The position numbers and the translations under genes are program-made. A stretch of DNA of 64,000 nucleotides from Gammaproteobacteria bacterium (GTDB lineage: Bacteria; Pseudomonadota; Gammaproteobacteria; Eutrophobiales; Eutrophobiaceae): assembly GCA_021773215.1 (NCBI GenBank), contig JAJFKM010000041.1:1099-65098 (forward strand). The letters run 5' to 3'. The notes under the pieces are model-generated. The model did not search any database. It was given only the letters and a program-made list of their open reading frames with translations, and was not told the DNA's origin. Below are positions 30,418 to 41,284 of this stretch, in pieces; within the stretch, counting starts at the first letter, position 1, and each line of letters begins with the position of its first letter.

Positions 30418-32949
30418 TTGAAAAAAGATGATGATCGTTCTATTTCAACTAGATCTACCTATGTAATTACATTCTTACTTGGTCTTGCCTTTAGCATTAC
30501 GCTGCTGCAAAGCACATGGGATACCGCTATTGAGCGGAAACAAAAAGACTTCCATTTTGAAATACAGTCAATTCAACAAGCAGTAGCAAGTAATGTCTTA
30601 ACGGGTAATGATGTTACTAATAATATTGCTGCTTTTATGACCTCTAATGACGAGGTCATGGCTAATCAATTTGAATCATTTACTAATAATATCCTCGAAC
30701 GTTATAAGCACATCGAAGCAATCAATTATTATTCATTTGCGGGTGATGACTGGGTTAATGAATTCCATCTAGTATATGAGTCAGCGCGTGGACAAAATAG
30801 AATCGAAATTGGTGAAGATGTTTATAGTGACCCTAGGTATGTTGATGCGATAGATACATCAATATCTACTAGCTCTGTAGTCCCCGCGCCACCAGATTTA
30901 GAGCGTGATCCGGACCGCAAGTATTGGCTATTTAAAGCAATCTATAGTGAAGATGACCATTCCTCAATCAAGAAGAAAAAATACGATGGTACTGTAAAAG
31001 GCATGGTTTCTGTCCTAGTGTCACCAACTAAATTATTAGGCAATAAAGGTGCAAATAGTAGTTTAACTATCACTATGTTTAGTGACACTTCTAATTTGTA
31101 TGGTCGGCAGTTATTGTATTTTAATGACCCAACTCAGAAGGAGACGAATAAGTCATGGAAAATTGAGACCCTTGTTGAAGAAAAGCTTATTCAACTTCCA
31201 CCTTACTCCATAAAGATAATCATTGAAAAAGATCTTTATTTTTCAGATCTTGAATATCACTTGTTGCTAGTCGCTACACTAATATGTGTAGGTATATTAA
31301 TGATGTTGTTTGGATTGGTTAGCGCAAGAATTAAGCAGGAAGAAGAATTAAAAACAAGAAATGCGGTTATTGAGAGAAAGGTAGAAGAGCAAACAAAGGA
31401 ACTTGCAATTGCGCGAGATGAGGCTCTTGAATCGGTACGTATGAAGTCAGAGTTTCTTGCAAGTATGAGTCATGAGATCAGGACTCCTTTGAATGCAATT
31501 ATTGGCATGAGTGATTTAATGTCAGAAACGCGGTTGACAGATGAGCAGAGTCGTTATGTCAGTGTGTTTAGAAAAGCAGGTGATGCCTTATTAAGTCTGG
31601 TTAACGATATTCTTGATCTTTCCAAAATTGAGGCAGACCAACTCGCATTAGAAAAAATACCATTTAATATCATGGAGCTCATTGAAGAAGTAGCGGAAAT
31701 ATATGCACTACAAGCAGCTGATAAGGGAATTGAAATCATTACACGTATTGATACGAAAATAAATGTTAATCGTATTGGCGACCCAGGCAGATTGAAGCAG
31801 ATTATTCTCAATCTGATCAGTAATGCACTGAAATTCACCGATGAAGGTGAAATTATAGTGTCGCTTTCTGCTGATAAAAAAGAAAATAATGATGAACATT
31901 TAGTTTTCTCTGTTAAAGATACGGGGATTGGAATACCAAAGGAAAAATTAGAATCAATATTTGCCAGTTTTATACAAGCTGATGCGTCAACAACACGTAA
32001 ATATGGTGGGACTGGTTTAGGATTAACTATTTCTAAGCGTTTGACTGAGATGATGGATGGGGCTATATGGGTAGAAAGTGATGAAAATAAAGGCAGTACA
32101 TTCTATGTTAACGCAGCCTTACCTGAGCAATCGCAACGTTCGATAATCAAACAGGGGTTTGCAGATAAAAATATCATTATCATTGATTCTCGAAAAAGTA
32201 ATTGTCTAAATATAGAAGAACAAATGGTTGCTTCAGGAGCAAGTTGTCATACAGCAAGTTCTATAGAAAATGTACAAGCTATTTTAAATAAGGAAGCAGA
32301 CGCTGAAATAATATTGATTGAAAGTCGCTTAGCATTTCAAGATGAAGAAATTAGTTCGCTCATATCTTCTATAGATATACGCGACAAAGTAATATTATTA
32401 GTAAATCCAAAAGATATGGCTGAGCACTCCAAGCAAGCGGCATCTTGGAAAATAAACGGAATGTTACTTAAGCCTATAAAACGCAATGAGTTGTTAAGGG
32501 AAGTTAATAAAATTATAAATAAAAAAGATGAAAGTCTTGTTGATGATATAAGAGAAGGTGGACCGAAAGAAAAAGCAACTCCAAAACATGTCTTATTAGT
32601 TGAAGATAATCCTGATAATCGCATGCTTATCAAAGCTTATTTAAAGAAAACACCATATACTTTAGATGAAGCAGAAAACGGTTCTATCGCAGTAGAGCTA
32701 TTCAAACAGAATAACTATGATTTGGTATTGATGGATGTGCAAATGCCGGTTATGGACGGTCACGAAGCGACTCGTTTAATAAGAGAATGGGAAGAAACAC
32801 ATGATAAAAGTCGCACTAAAATAATTTCATTGACAGCACATGCCATAAGAGAAGAAATTGATAAATGTCTGGCAGCAGGTTGTGATTCACACCTCAGCAA
32901 ACCCATTAAAAAAGCCACTTTATTAAGCGCCATCGAAGAGTTGAGTTAA
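30418..32949 (+). CDS. hybrid sensor histidine kinase with a ~250-aa periplasmic sensor, HisKA, HATPase_c and two C-terminal receiver domains
   Basis: Two TM segments near residues 15-35 and 283-303. H-box SHEIRTPLNAIIGMSDL, and N, G1 and G2 boxes (GGTGLGLTISK). Receiver domains carry LVLMDVQMPVMDG. TTG start per the track. Confidence 0.85.
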   Translation: MKKDDDRSISTRSTYVITFLLGLAFSITLLQSTWDTAIERKQKDFHFEIQSIQQAVASNVLTGNDVTNNIAAFMTSNDEVMANQFESFTNNILERYKHIEAINYYSFAGDDWVNEFHLVYESARGQNRIEIGEDVYSDPRYVDAIDTSISTSSVVPAPPDLERDPDRKYWLFKAIYSEDDHSSIKKKKYDGTVKGMVSVLVSPTKLLGNKGANSSLTITMFSDTSNLYGRQLLYFNDPTQKETNKSWKIETLVEEKLIQLPPYSIKIIIEKDLYFSDLEYHLLLVATLICVGILMMLFGLVSARIKQEEELKTRNAVIERKVEEQTKELAIARDEALESVRMKSEFLASMSHEIRTPLNAIIGMSDLMSETRLTDEQSRYVSVFRKAGDALLSLVNDILDLSKIEADQLALEKIPFNIMELIEEVAEIYALQAADKGIEIITRIDTKINVNRIGDPGRLKQIILNLISNALKFTDEGEIIVSLSADKKENNDEHLVFSVKDTGIGIPKEKLESIFASFIQADASTTRKYGGTGLGLTISKRLTEMMDGAIWVESDENKGSTFYVNAALPEQSQRSIIKQGFADKNIIIIDSRKSNCLNIEEQMVASGASCHTASSIENVQAILNKEADAEIILIESRLAFQDEEISSLISSIDIRDKVILLVNPKDMAEHSKQAASWKINGMLLKPIKRNELLREVNKIINKKDESLVDDIREGGPKEKATPKHVLLVEDNPDNRMLIKAYLKKTPYTLDEAENGSIAVELFKQNNYDLVLMDVQMPVMDGHEATRLIREWEETHDKSRTKIISLTAHAIREEIDKCLAAGCDSHLSKPIKKATLLSAIEELS

Positions 32950-33195
32950 TAATACTTTCACTAAAATCGTCTCAGAAAAACGACGGAATTTACAATAAAT
33001 TCAACGCTACACAATCATAAATCACCTACTATGATTTTAATGTCATAACTAGATTAAATACCTAAGCCATTGTTCTTACTTAGTTTAAGAATTCTATTTT
33101 CATACTCAAACCCCTCATTTTAAATATTTTTGTTTGATGGCACATTGATTGCGATAGTCCTTGTAATTCGGAATTAACTACAAGAGAGAATTCGC

Positions 33196-33633
33196 ATGAT
33201 AAAGCTATTTGGATTCAGGATTACACCATTCTTCCTTTTCATTATGAGTATGGAATGTTTGTCTTTGCTGGTTTGTTTCTATTTAGGAATTTTACTCTAT
33301 AGAGGTACACCAACATTCGTTTCGCCTGAAACAATTGATAGCATACTCTATTCTGGAATCGTTCTATTGCTTCTGATTTCGTTGTTAACGCCAGGTTTTT
33401 TCTCACAAGTTAATGTAATAAATCATATTAAAAAGACGTTCAATGAAAAAATAATAGGCTTTTTAGCTGCATTATTCACGATGACAGTCATTGTTTTTTC
33501 CAATGCTGAAAAACTGGATGCAAAGACAATATTTGCCGCTGCTATCTTAAGTGCTTGCGTTGGATTATGTGTTACGCAAGTGGGATTGTTTGGGAAATAC
33601 TGGCGCTTTTTAATTCGCTCGGGAGTGAATTAA
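33196..33633 (+). CDS. small integral membrane protein, unknown function
   Basis: 145 aa with four hydrophobic helices and no conserved motif. 4-bp convergent overlap with the next gene. Confidence 0.35.
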   Translation: MIKLFGFRITPFFLFIMSMECLSLLVCFYLGILLYRGTPTFVSPETIDSILYSGIVLLLLISLLTPGFFSQVNVINHIKKTFNEKIIGFLAALFTMTVIVFSNAEKLDAKTIFAAAILSACVGLCVTQVGLFGKYWRFLIRSGVN

Positions 33634-34205
33634 TGTATAAGTTTGCTTATGGTTTTAAATTTTTCGTGTGCAGCATCTCGCAACCACTCAAACAGAACTG
33701 ATTCAGTATTTAATAAACTGACGTTTGCTTGTTTCAAACGTGTTAACGCGGATTCATAGCTTGTGAATTCTCGAGAAGCAATGGCATCAATTACGACATA
33801 AACCTCAAATCCTGCTAATCGCAAGTCAATTGCACTTTGGAATATACAAATATGCGCTTCGACCCCGGTAATTATAATTTGTTTCTTGTTGAGTAAAGTT
33901 AAATGCTTTGTGAATCCATCGGCACCTAAGCAAGAAAAACGAGTTTTTTCAAAGGTGGTCGCAGAGTTAGTCAGGTTCTCTGTAATAAAGGCTTCAGTTG
34001 TTCCCAGGCCTTTAGGATATTGTGCAGTGCTTATAACTGGAACATTCAGTTCATTTGCAGCATTCAATAATATAGCTGTGTTTTTTCTCAAGCGATTTAT
34101 TACTTTATCCGGTATAGCGCTGGTTAACTTTTTCTGAACATCAATGATGACGAGACAGCTATCATCAATATTACATAAGAGATTTTGATTGTTTTTAGTT
34201 GTCAT
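33630..34205 (-). CDS. isochorismatase-family cysteine hydrolase
   Basis: LVIIDVQKK...(Asp-Lys-Cys triad pattern) VTGVEAHICIFQSAIDL is typical of YcaC/isochorismatase-like hydrolases. The start abuts the tolC-like stop with zero gap. Confidence 0.7.
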   Translation of the reverse strand: MTTKNNQNLLCNIDDSCLVIIDVQKKLTSAIPDKVINRLRKNTAILLNAANELNVPVISTAQYPKGLGTTEAFITENLTNSATTFEKTRFSCLGADGFTKHLTLLNKKQIIITGVEAHICIFQSAIDLRLAGFEVYVVIDAIASREFTSYESALTRLKQANVSLLNTESVLFEWLRDAAHEKFKTISKLIH

Positions 34206-35540
34206 TTATTTCGTTAACCATGCATTTATTAGTTCAAGATCTTCTGTAGACAGTGTTCCTGCTGCTTGCTTAAGGTTTAGCGTGTCTATTATATACTCGT
34301 ACTTGGCCTGACTATAATTACGTCGCGCTTCGGATGTTGTACGTTGTGATGCCACAACATCAACAGCAGTTCGGGTTCCGACTTCAAAGCCTGCTTCAGT
34401 CGCTTCTAATGCAGTTTCACTTGATACAACTGCTTGTTTTAATGCTTTTACTCGGCTTATACCTGATATCACGCCCAGGTAGGCTTCTCTAGTAGAACGT
34501 TGTGCTGAACGTCTTGCTCGTTCAAGAGAATACATGGCGATATTATAATTTTCATGTGCTTCTCGAGTTTGAGAGCTAACTATCCCGCCTGAATAGATTG
34601 GAATATTTAACTCAAGACCAATGGATGTGGCATGTTGTTTTGTAGAACCAAAACGACCGCCTGAAGAGTCATATGTTTCTGCTGCTACCAGATCAAGAGT
34701 AGGCAAGTGCCCAGCAGATTGTCGCTTTACTTCATTCCGAGCCGTTTCAGTAGCGTGACGCGATGCGATGACACCTAGGTTTTGATCTAAAGATAATTGT
34801 GTCCAACTTTCTATAGCTTGAGGTTCAGGGCTGACTAGTGACATGGCGTCACCTAATTGATTAAATTCTGTTATATAGTTACCCGTTAATTCACGCATCG
34901 CTTCCTGCGCATTATCTATGGCATTTGATGCCTGAATCTCTTGGGCCACAGCCAAGTCATATCCTGCCTGCGCCTCATGAACATCAGTAATAGCACTTAA
35001 ACCAACCTCAAACCGTTGGTTAGCTTGTTCAAGTTGACGGCTGAGTGACTTAACTTCCGCCTGAGCAAACTCAAGGCTATCTATATTGGCAAGAATATCG
35101 AAGTAACGTTCGGCTATGCGAATTATTAGTTCTTGTTGTGCCTCAATGAGCTCTGCCTCGGCTTGCTTTATTTCACTGCCAGCCTGATCTAGAGCGATAA
35201 TTCTGTCGCGCCTGAATATTGGTTGCGTAATACTTAATCGATACCCGCGGCTGTTGAAATTAACTTCGCCACTGGAACCAACTGCTGCGCCGCCGGCAGA
35301 AATATCCTGGTCATTTCTAACTGTATCAGCACTAAGGTTTATAGACGGAAGCAGTTGTGACAGAGCTTGCGGGCGTGATTCTAGCGCCACACGATGTGTT
35401 GCTAAGGCCTGCATATATTCCTGATCATTCGTCTCAGCCAGTTTATACACATGCAATAAATCTGCGCCAAAGCCATTCATCGATAGTAAGAGGCTCGACG
35501 CAAGAAAACATGATTTTGTTATAAGACTATATGTATTCAT
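34206..35540 (-). CDS. TolC-family outer-membrane efflux channel
   Basis: 444 aa. Signal peptide, two repeated OEP halves, and the typical ...NYITEFNQL / ...RNYSQAKYEYI coiled-coil signatures. Confidence 0.85.
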   Translation of the reverse strand: MNTYSLITKSCFLASSLLLSMNGFGADLLHVYKLAETNDQEYMQALATHRVALESRPQALSQLLPSINLSADTVRNDQDISAGGAAVGSSGEVNFNSRGYRLSITQPIFRRDRIIALDQAGSEIKQAEAELIEAQQELIIRIAERYFDILANIDSLEFAQAEVKSLSRQLEQANQRFEVGLSAITDVHEAQAGYDLAVAQEIQASNAIDNAQEAMRELTGNYITEFNQLGDAMSLVSPEPQAIESWTQLSLDQNLGVIASRHATETARNEVKRQSAGHLPTLDLVAAETYDSSGGRFGSTKQHATSIGLELNIPIYSGGIVSSQTREAHENYNIAMYSLERARRSAQRSTREAYLGVISGISRVKALKQAVVSSETALEATEAGFEVGTRTAVDVVASQRTTSEARRNYSQAKYEYIIDTLNLKQAAGTLSTEDLELINAWLTK

Positions 35541-35584
35541 ACAGAGAAATTCTTACCTGATTTATTTTTGTTATAAGTTATTTA

Positions 35585-35902
35585 TCAATATTGAGCCATA
35601 TCTACATCAACAGATTTGGCCCAGGCATCAACGCCACCTTCAAGATTTGTGATATTACTATAATCTTTACCTTCTAAATAACTAGCTACTTGAAAACTAC
35701 GCATGCCGTGATGACAAATAACGATTATTTCATCATCTGGGTTAAATTCATTTAGCATTTGTTCTATGTTAGACATGCTAATATTTGTGGAGCCTTCGAT
35801 ACTACATAAATCGTACTCCCATGCTTCACGCACATCGAGTAAACGCGGTTTTTCACCTGCATCGAGTTTTGTTTTAAGTGTCGCTGGAGATATTGATTTC
35901 AT
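35585..35902 (-). CDS. single-domain rhodanese (thiosulfate sulfurtransferase GlpE-like)
   Basis: Active-site loop CHHGMRS and LLDVREAWEY. Confidence 0.8.
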   Translation of the reverse strand: MKSISPATLKTKLDAGEKPRLLDVREAWEYDLCSIEGSTNISMSNIEQMLNEFNPDDEIIVICHHGMRSFQVASYLEGKDYSNITNLEGGVDAWAKSVDVDMAQY

Positions 35903-35908
35903 AAACTA

Positions 35909-36562
35909 TTAGAATTCAAACGCGTCTTTTTGTTTTGCTCCAATCAATGCGGGCAAATCAGTTTCAAATAAACTTTCATATGACCAGCTAGATTCATTTT
36001 GCTTTGTATATAGCCGCGCTTCCATCGCAGGTGACTCGCCAACTATGACAAACAGACGCCCATGGTCATTCAATAAACTTAAAAAACGCTCATCCATTGT
36101 TGCTAATGAAGCAGTGAATACAGCGATATCATAGCGTTCTGCTTTTTCTAGTAGTGAATATGCATCACAGCTTTCGAGTTCGATATTGGTTAATTTTGTT
36201 TTTGCTATTATTTTACTCGCTGCATCAATAAAGTCTGGGAAAATATCGACACTTTTAACTTGCCTAGCAGAGCTTGCGAGCAGTGCTGTGAGATAGCCGC
36301 AACCGGTTCCAATTTCCAGTACGGACTCATCAGGTTTCACATCCAATGATTGTAGAATCCGGGCTTCGAATTTCGGAGCCATGGTGGTTTGATCATGCCC
36401 AATTGGAATAGATGTATCCGCTAGGGCGAGATTCTTATATGCGTCAGGGATAAATTCTTCACGATGAATTTCGTTTAATAGATCCAGTACATCCTGATCG
36501 AGTACTTCCCAAGTTCGAATTTGTTGTTCAATCATATTGAAACGGGCTTGTTTAAAATCCAT
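35909..36562 (-). CDS. protein-L-isoaspartate O-methyltransferase-family protein (second PIMT paralog in the window)
   Basis: VLEIGTGCGYLTALLA (compare pcm at 62165: VLEVGTGCGYQTVIMA); 217 aa. Confidence 0.7.
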   Translation of the reverse strand: MDFKQARFNMIEQQIRTWEVLDQDVLDLLNEIHREEFIPDAYKNLALADTSIPIGHDQTTMAPKFEARILQSLDVKPDESVLEIGTGCGYLTALLASSARQVKSVDIFPDFIDAASKIIAKTKLTNIELESCDAYSLLEKAERYDIAVFTASLATMDERFLSLLNDHGRLFVIVGESPAMEARLYTKQNESSWSYESLFETDLPALIGAKQKDAFEF

Positions 36563-36629
36563 ATCTTTATATCTCTTAGCGTCTAGTTAAATGTTGTTGT
36601 AGTTAGTAATCGTATTATATAGCATGTCA

Positions 36630-36725
36630 CCAAGCTAGGGGCGCCTTTGTGGGCTGAGATTGACCCTTGACCTGATCTGGTTAGTACCAGCGTAGGGAAG
36701 CAAGCATCTTGCCATTGGCGCTCGT
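36630..36725 (+). ncRNA. TPP (THI-box) riboswitch in the thiC leader
   Basis: CTAGGGGCGCC...GGGCTGAGATTGACCCTTGACCTGATCTGGTTAGTACCAGCGTAGGGAAG matches the THI element core (CUGAGA ... ACCCUU.GAACCUGAUCUGGNUAAUACCAGCGUAGGGAA). It sits about 40 nt before thiC. Confidence 0.8.
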
Positions 36726-36747
36726 AATTATAATTCTTTTAATATGA

Positions 36748-38643
<1,896 letters not shown>

Positions 38644-38669
38644 TTTGCTGTTTTAAAAGCACTGAACTC

Positions 38670-39962
38670 ATGGAACTCGATAGCCTCATCGAGAAAACAG
38701 CGGATCCCGATGCCACAGCAAACCGACTGCAAGCACTGCTCGATAATGAGCAGTCTGCTCGCATAATTGATGGCTTCACAGATGATCAAAGATCGGGATT
38801 GATACAAATACTCGGAATATCTCGATTTCTATCAAATTTCTTGAGTCGATACCCGGATGTTGTTGCTTTAATAGGATCTCCGTATCAGGCCCGGGAAATT
38901 AATCATATCGCTGATGTTAAAGAGCTACGGCTGTTTAAATATCGTTCTCTATTACAAATTACATGGATGGATGTTTGTAATACTTGCCCGTATGAAACCG
39001 TGTTATTTAATTTAAGCCATTTGGCAGACTCAATAATCCAAGTTGGTCATAGAATAGTGGCTAAAGATTCTAATGATTTTGATTACAATAATGACATCGC
39101 CATCATGGCATTGGGAAAACTTGGTGCAAACGAATTAAATTTCAGTTCTGATGTAGATATTCTTTTTGTGCTTCAGGATAGCGATGATCAAAAACGTCAT
39201 GAAATGCATAAGTACTACACCCAGCATATACGTCGATTTTGTCGCTTATTTACAGATAATACTGAAGATGGTTTTTTATATCGAGTTGATCTAAATTTAA
39301 GGCCATGGGGACGCAGTGCGCCGTTAACATTCTCTCTCGATGAATATGAAGAATATTATCAATCATCCAAAGAGACATGGGAACGAATTGCATGGCTACG
39401 CGGGCGTTTTGTTGCTGGTTCAAAAGAACTAGGTAATGAAATGGTTTCCAGACTAAAACCATTTGTATATCACAAAAGTTTGAGTACAGAAGACATAGAC
39501 CGTTTTTTCAAGATAAAAAGTGATATGTCTGCGCAACGAGAAAAAGAAGGACACTGGAATATAAAGCTGGGCGCAGGTGGCATAAGAGATATAGAGTTTT
39601 TTGTGCAAATGCTGCAAATAATCAATGGTGGACATCATCCTGAACTACAGGTCACTAGTACAGTAGAGGTATTAAAAAAATTAAATCATTTCGGTTTTAT
39701 CAATCATGAAGAAATAACTGAATTAAAAGAAAGTTATATCTTTCTACGCAGGCTCGAGAACCGATTGCAAATGATTGACGAGCAACAAACACATCAATTG
39801 CCTAATGATAAGGTAAAGCTTAAACAAATCACAAGAATGATGGGTTATGCAGGTGAAAGTATTGATGATGCCTATGCAGATTTTAATAATGATTTAATGC
39901 TCCATCAAAAAATTGCGACAAAATATTTTGAAACATTATTAACAGAAAATGCTGATTTCTAA
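38670..39962 (+). CDS. glnE: glutamine synthetase adenylyl-removase half of GlnE (N-terminal nucleotidyltransferase domain) as a separate ORF
   Basis: GKLGANELNFSSDVDILFV...GFLYRVDLNLRPWGRSAPL...KLGAGGIRDIEFFVQ aligns with the E. coli GlnE N-terminal AR domain. Stop overlaps the next ORF's start in TAATG. Confidence 0.8.
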   Translation: MELDSLIEKTADPDATANRLQALLDNEQSARIIDGFTDDQRSGLIQILGISRFLSNFLSRYPDVVALIGSPYQAREINHIADVKELRLFKYRSLLQITWMDVCNTCPYETVLFNLSHLADSIIQVGHRIVAKDSNDFDYNNDIAIMALGKLGANELNFSSDVDILFVLQDSDDQKRHEMHKYYTQHIRRFCRLFTDNTEDGFLYRVDLNLRPWGRSAPLTFSLDEYEEYYQSSKETWERIAWLRGRFVAGSKELGNEMVSRLKPFVYHKSLSTEDIDRFFKIKSDMSAQREKEGHWNIKLGAGGIRDIEFFVQMLQIINGGHHPELQVTSTVEVLKKLNHFGFINHEEITELKESYIFLRRLENRLQMIDEQQTHQLPNDKVKLKQITRMMGYAGESIDDAYADFNNDLMLHQKIATKYFETLLTENADF

Positions 39963-41284
39963 TGAATGATTCTCCTGAAATAAAACAGGCACTGTCCACG
40001 GCATGGCATTCGGAAACTGCTGCGAACAGCATTGAACGTTGGTTAGATCTCTGTCAACAAGAGGGCTGGGAGATGACTGTTGATGCATTAACGCTTATGA
40101 CCTCTTTATTTGGCGCGAGTTGGTATTTCACTCGTTTTTGTTTTTATCGAGGCAATAACATTATCAGCTTATTCGATAATGATGCGCAAAAGGTTGCTGT
40201 GATTGAATCATCATTAGATGATTTAAAAAATATAGCATCGGCTGGTTCATTGGATGAAGCCATTGAACGATTAAGGATTCGAAAAAATGAAATCATGTTA
40301 TCTATCCTGCTACTGCAACTGGGTAGCGTGGTTGATCAGGAGCAAACAGAGGCTTTATTAACACGACTTGCAGAAAATGTATTGATAGTCATGTACAGAT
40401 TATTTGGCCTTGATCAGCTTGAAACGATTCAGTGTAGTGTTTTAGCAATGGGTCGTTTTGCTGGAAATGAGATGAATTACGGTTCAGATCTGGACTTGAT
40501 CTTTATTGAAAAAGTGATGGTTAAAAATAGTGATGAGTACATTGTCAACAAGGTTAGAAAAATGTTGCGCTATATCGCTACTACGGATCCTTCAGGCGCA
40601 CTGTATGAAATAGATATGCGATTAAGGCCCCATGGAAATTCCGGGGTCTTAGTAACACGACTAGAGAGCTTCTTGAAATATCATCAAGCTGATCGTGAAG
40701 TTTGGGAGCGACAATTGATGACTCGTTGTCGAGTCGTTTTGGGGAATTATAATTTATCAGAGCAAGTTAATAATGAAGTAATGAATTATGTCTATGGTGA
40801 ATATGAAGTATCTTATCTTGCCAAGGAAATTATAAAAGTACGTTTGTTAGTTGAGCAAGAACTTGCTGGTGGCAGTGATAAGATAGATCTAAAGCGAGGT
40901 AAAGGCGGGGTCATGGATATTGATTTCTTGACACATTTTTTCCAGCTTGCTTTTGGTGCTAAATATCCACAATTGAGAAGTACAAGCACGCGCCAAGTTT
41001 TAAGGGAATCATCAAAGCTAGGTTTTATCAATGAAAAAACTGTGGTGGAATTATCTGCTTCTTATGATTTTTACAAAAAAAGTGAAGCAGCATTACGCGT
41101 GTTCGATATGAAGTCGATCAGTAATGTCACTAAAGACACGAAGTCTTTATTGCCGCTAGCAAGAGCATCAGCTTTTTTTAATGACGATCATGATAAGGCA
41201 GTAGCTGAATATCTGGATAGATTGATGCTATACCGGGACAGGGTACGTCAAACGTTTGAATCTATACTCCACGCCGCAATTTAG
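39962..41284 (+). CDS. glnE: glutamine synthetase adenylyltransferase half of GlnE (C-terminal nucleotidyltransferase domain) as a separate ORF
   Basis: AMGRFAGNEMNYGSDLDLIFI...LYEIDMRLRPHGNSGVLV...KRGKGGVMDIDFLTHF aligns with the E. coli GlnE C-terminal AT domain. Confidence 0.8.
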   Translation: MNDSPEIKQALSTAWHSETAANSIERWLDLCQQEGWEMTVDALTLMTSLFGASWYFTRFCFYRGNNIISLFDNDAQKVAVIESSLDDLKNIASAGSLDEAIERLRIRKNEIMLSILLLQLGSVVDQEQTEALLTRLAENVLIVMYRLFGLDQLETIQCSVLAMGRFAGNEMNYGSDLDLIFIEKVMVKNSDEYIVNKVRKMLRYIATTDPSGALYEIDMRLRPHGNSGVLVTRLESFLKYHQADREVWERQLMTRCRVVLGNYNLSEQVNNEVMNYVYGEYEVSYLAKEIIKVRLLVEQELAGGSDKIDLKRGKGGVMDIDFLTHFFQLAFGAKYPQLRSTSTRQVLRESSKLGFINEKTVVELSASYDFYKKSEAALRVFDMKSISNVTKDTKSLLPLARASAFFNDDHDKAVAEYLDRLMLYRDRVRQTFESILHAAI

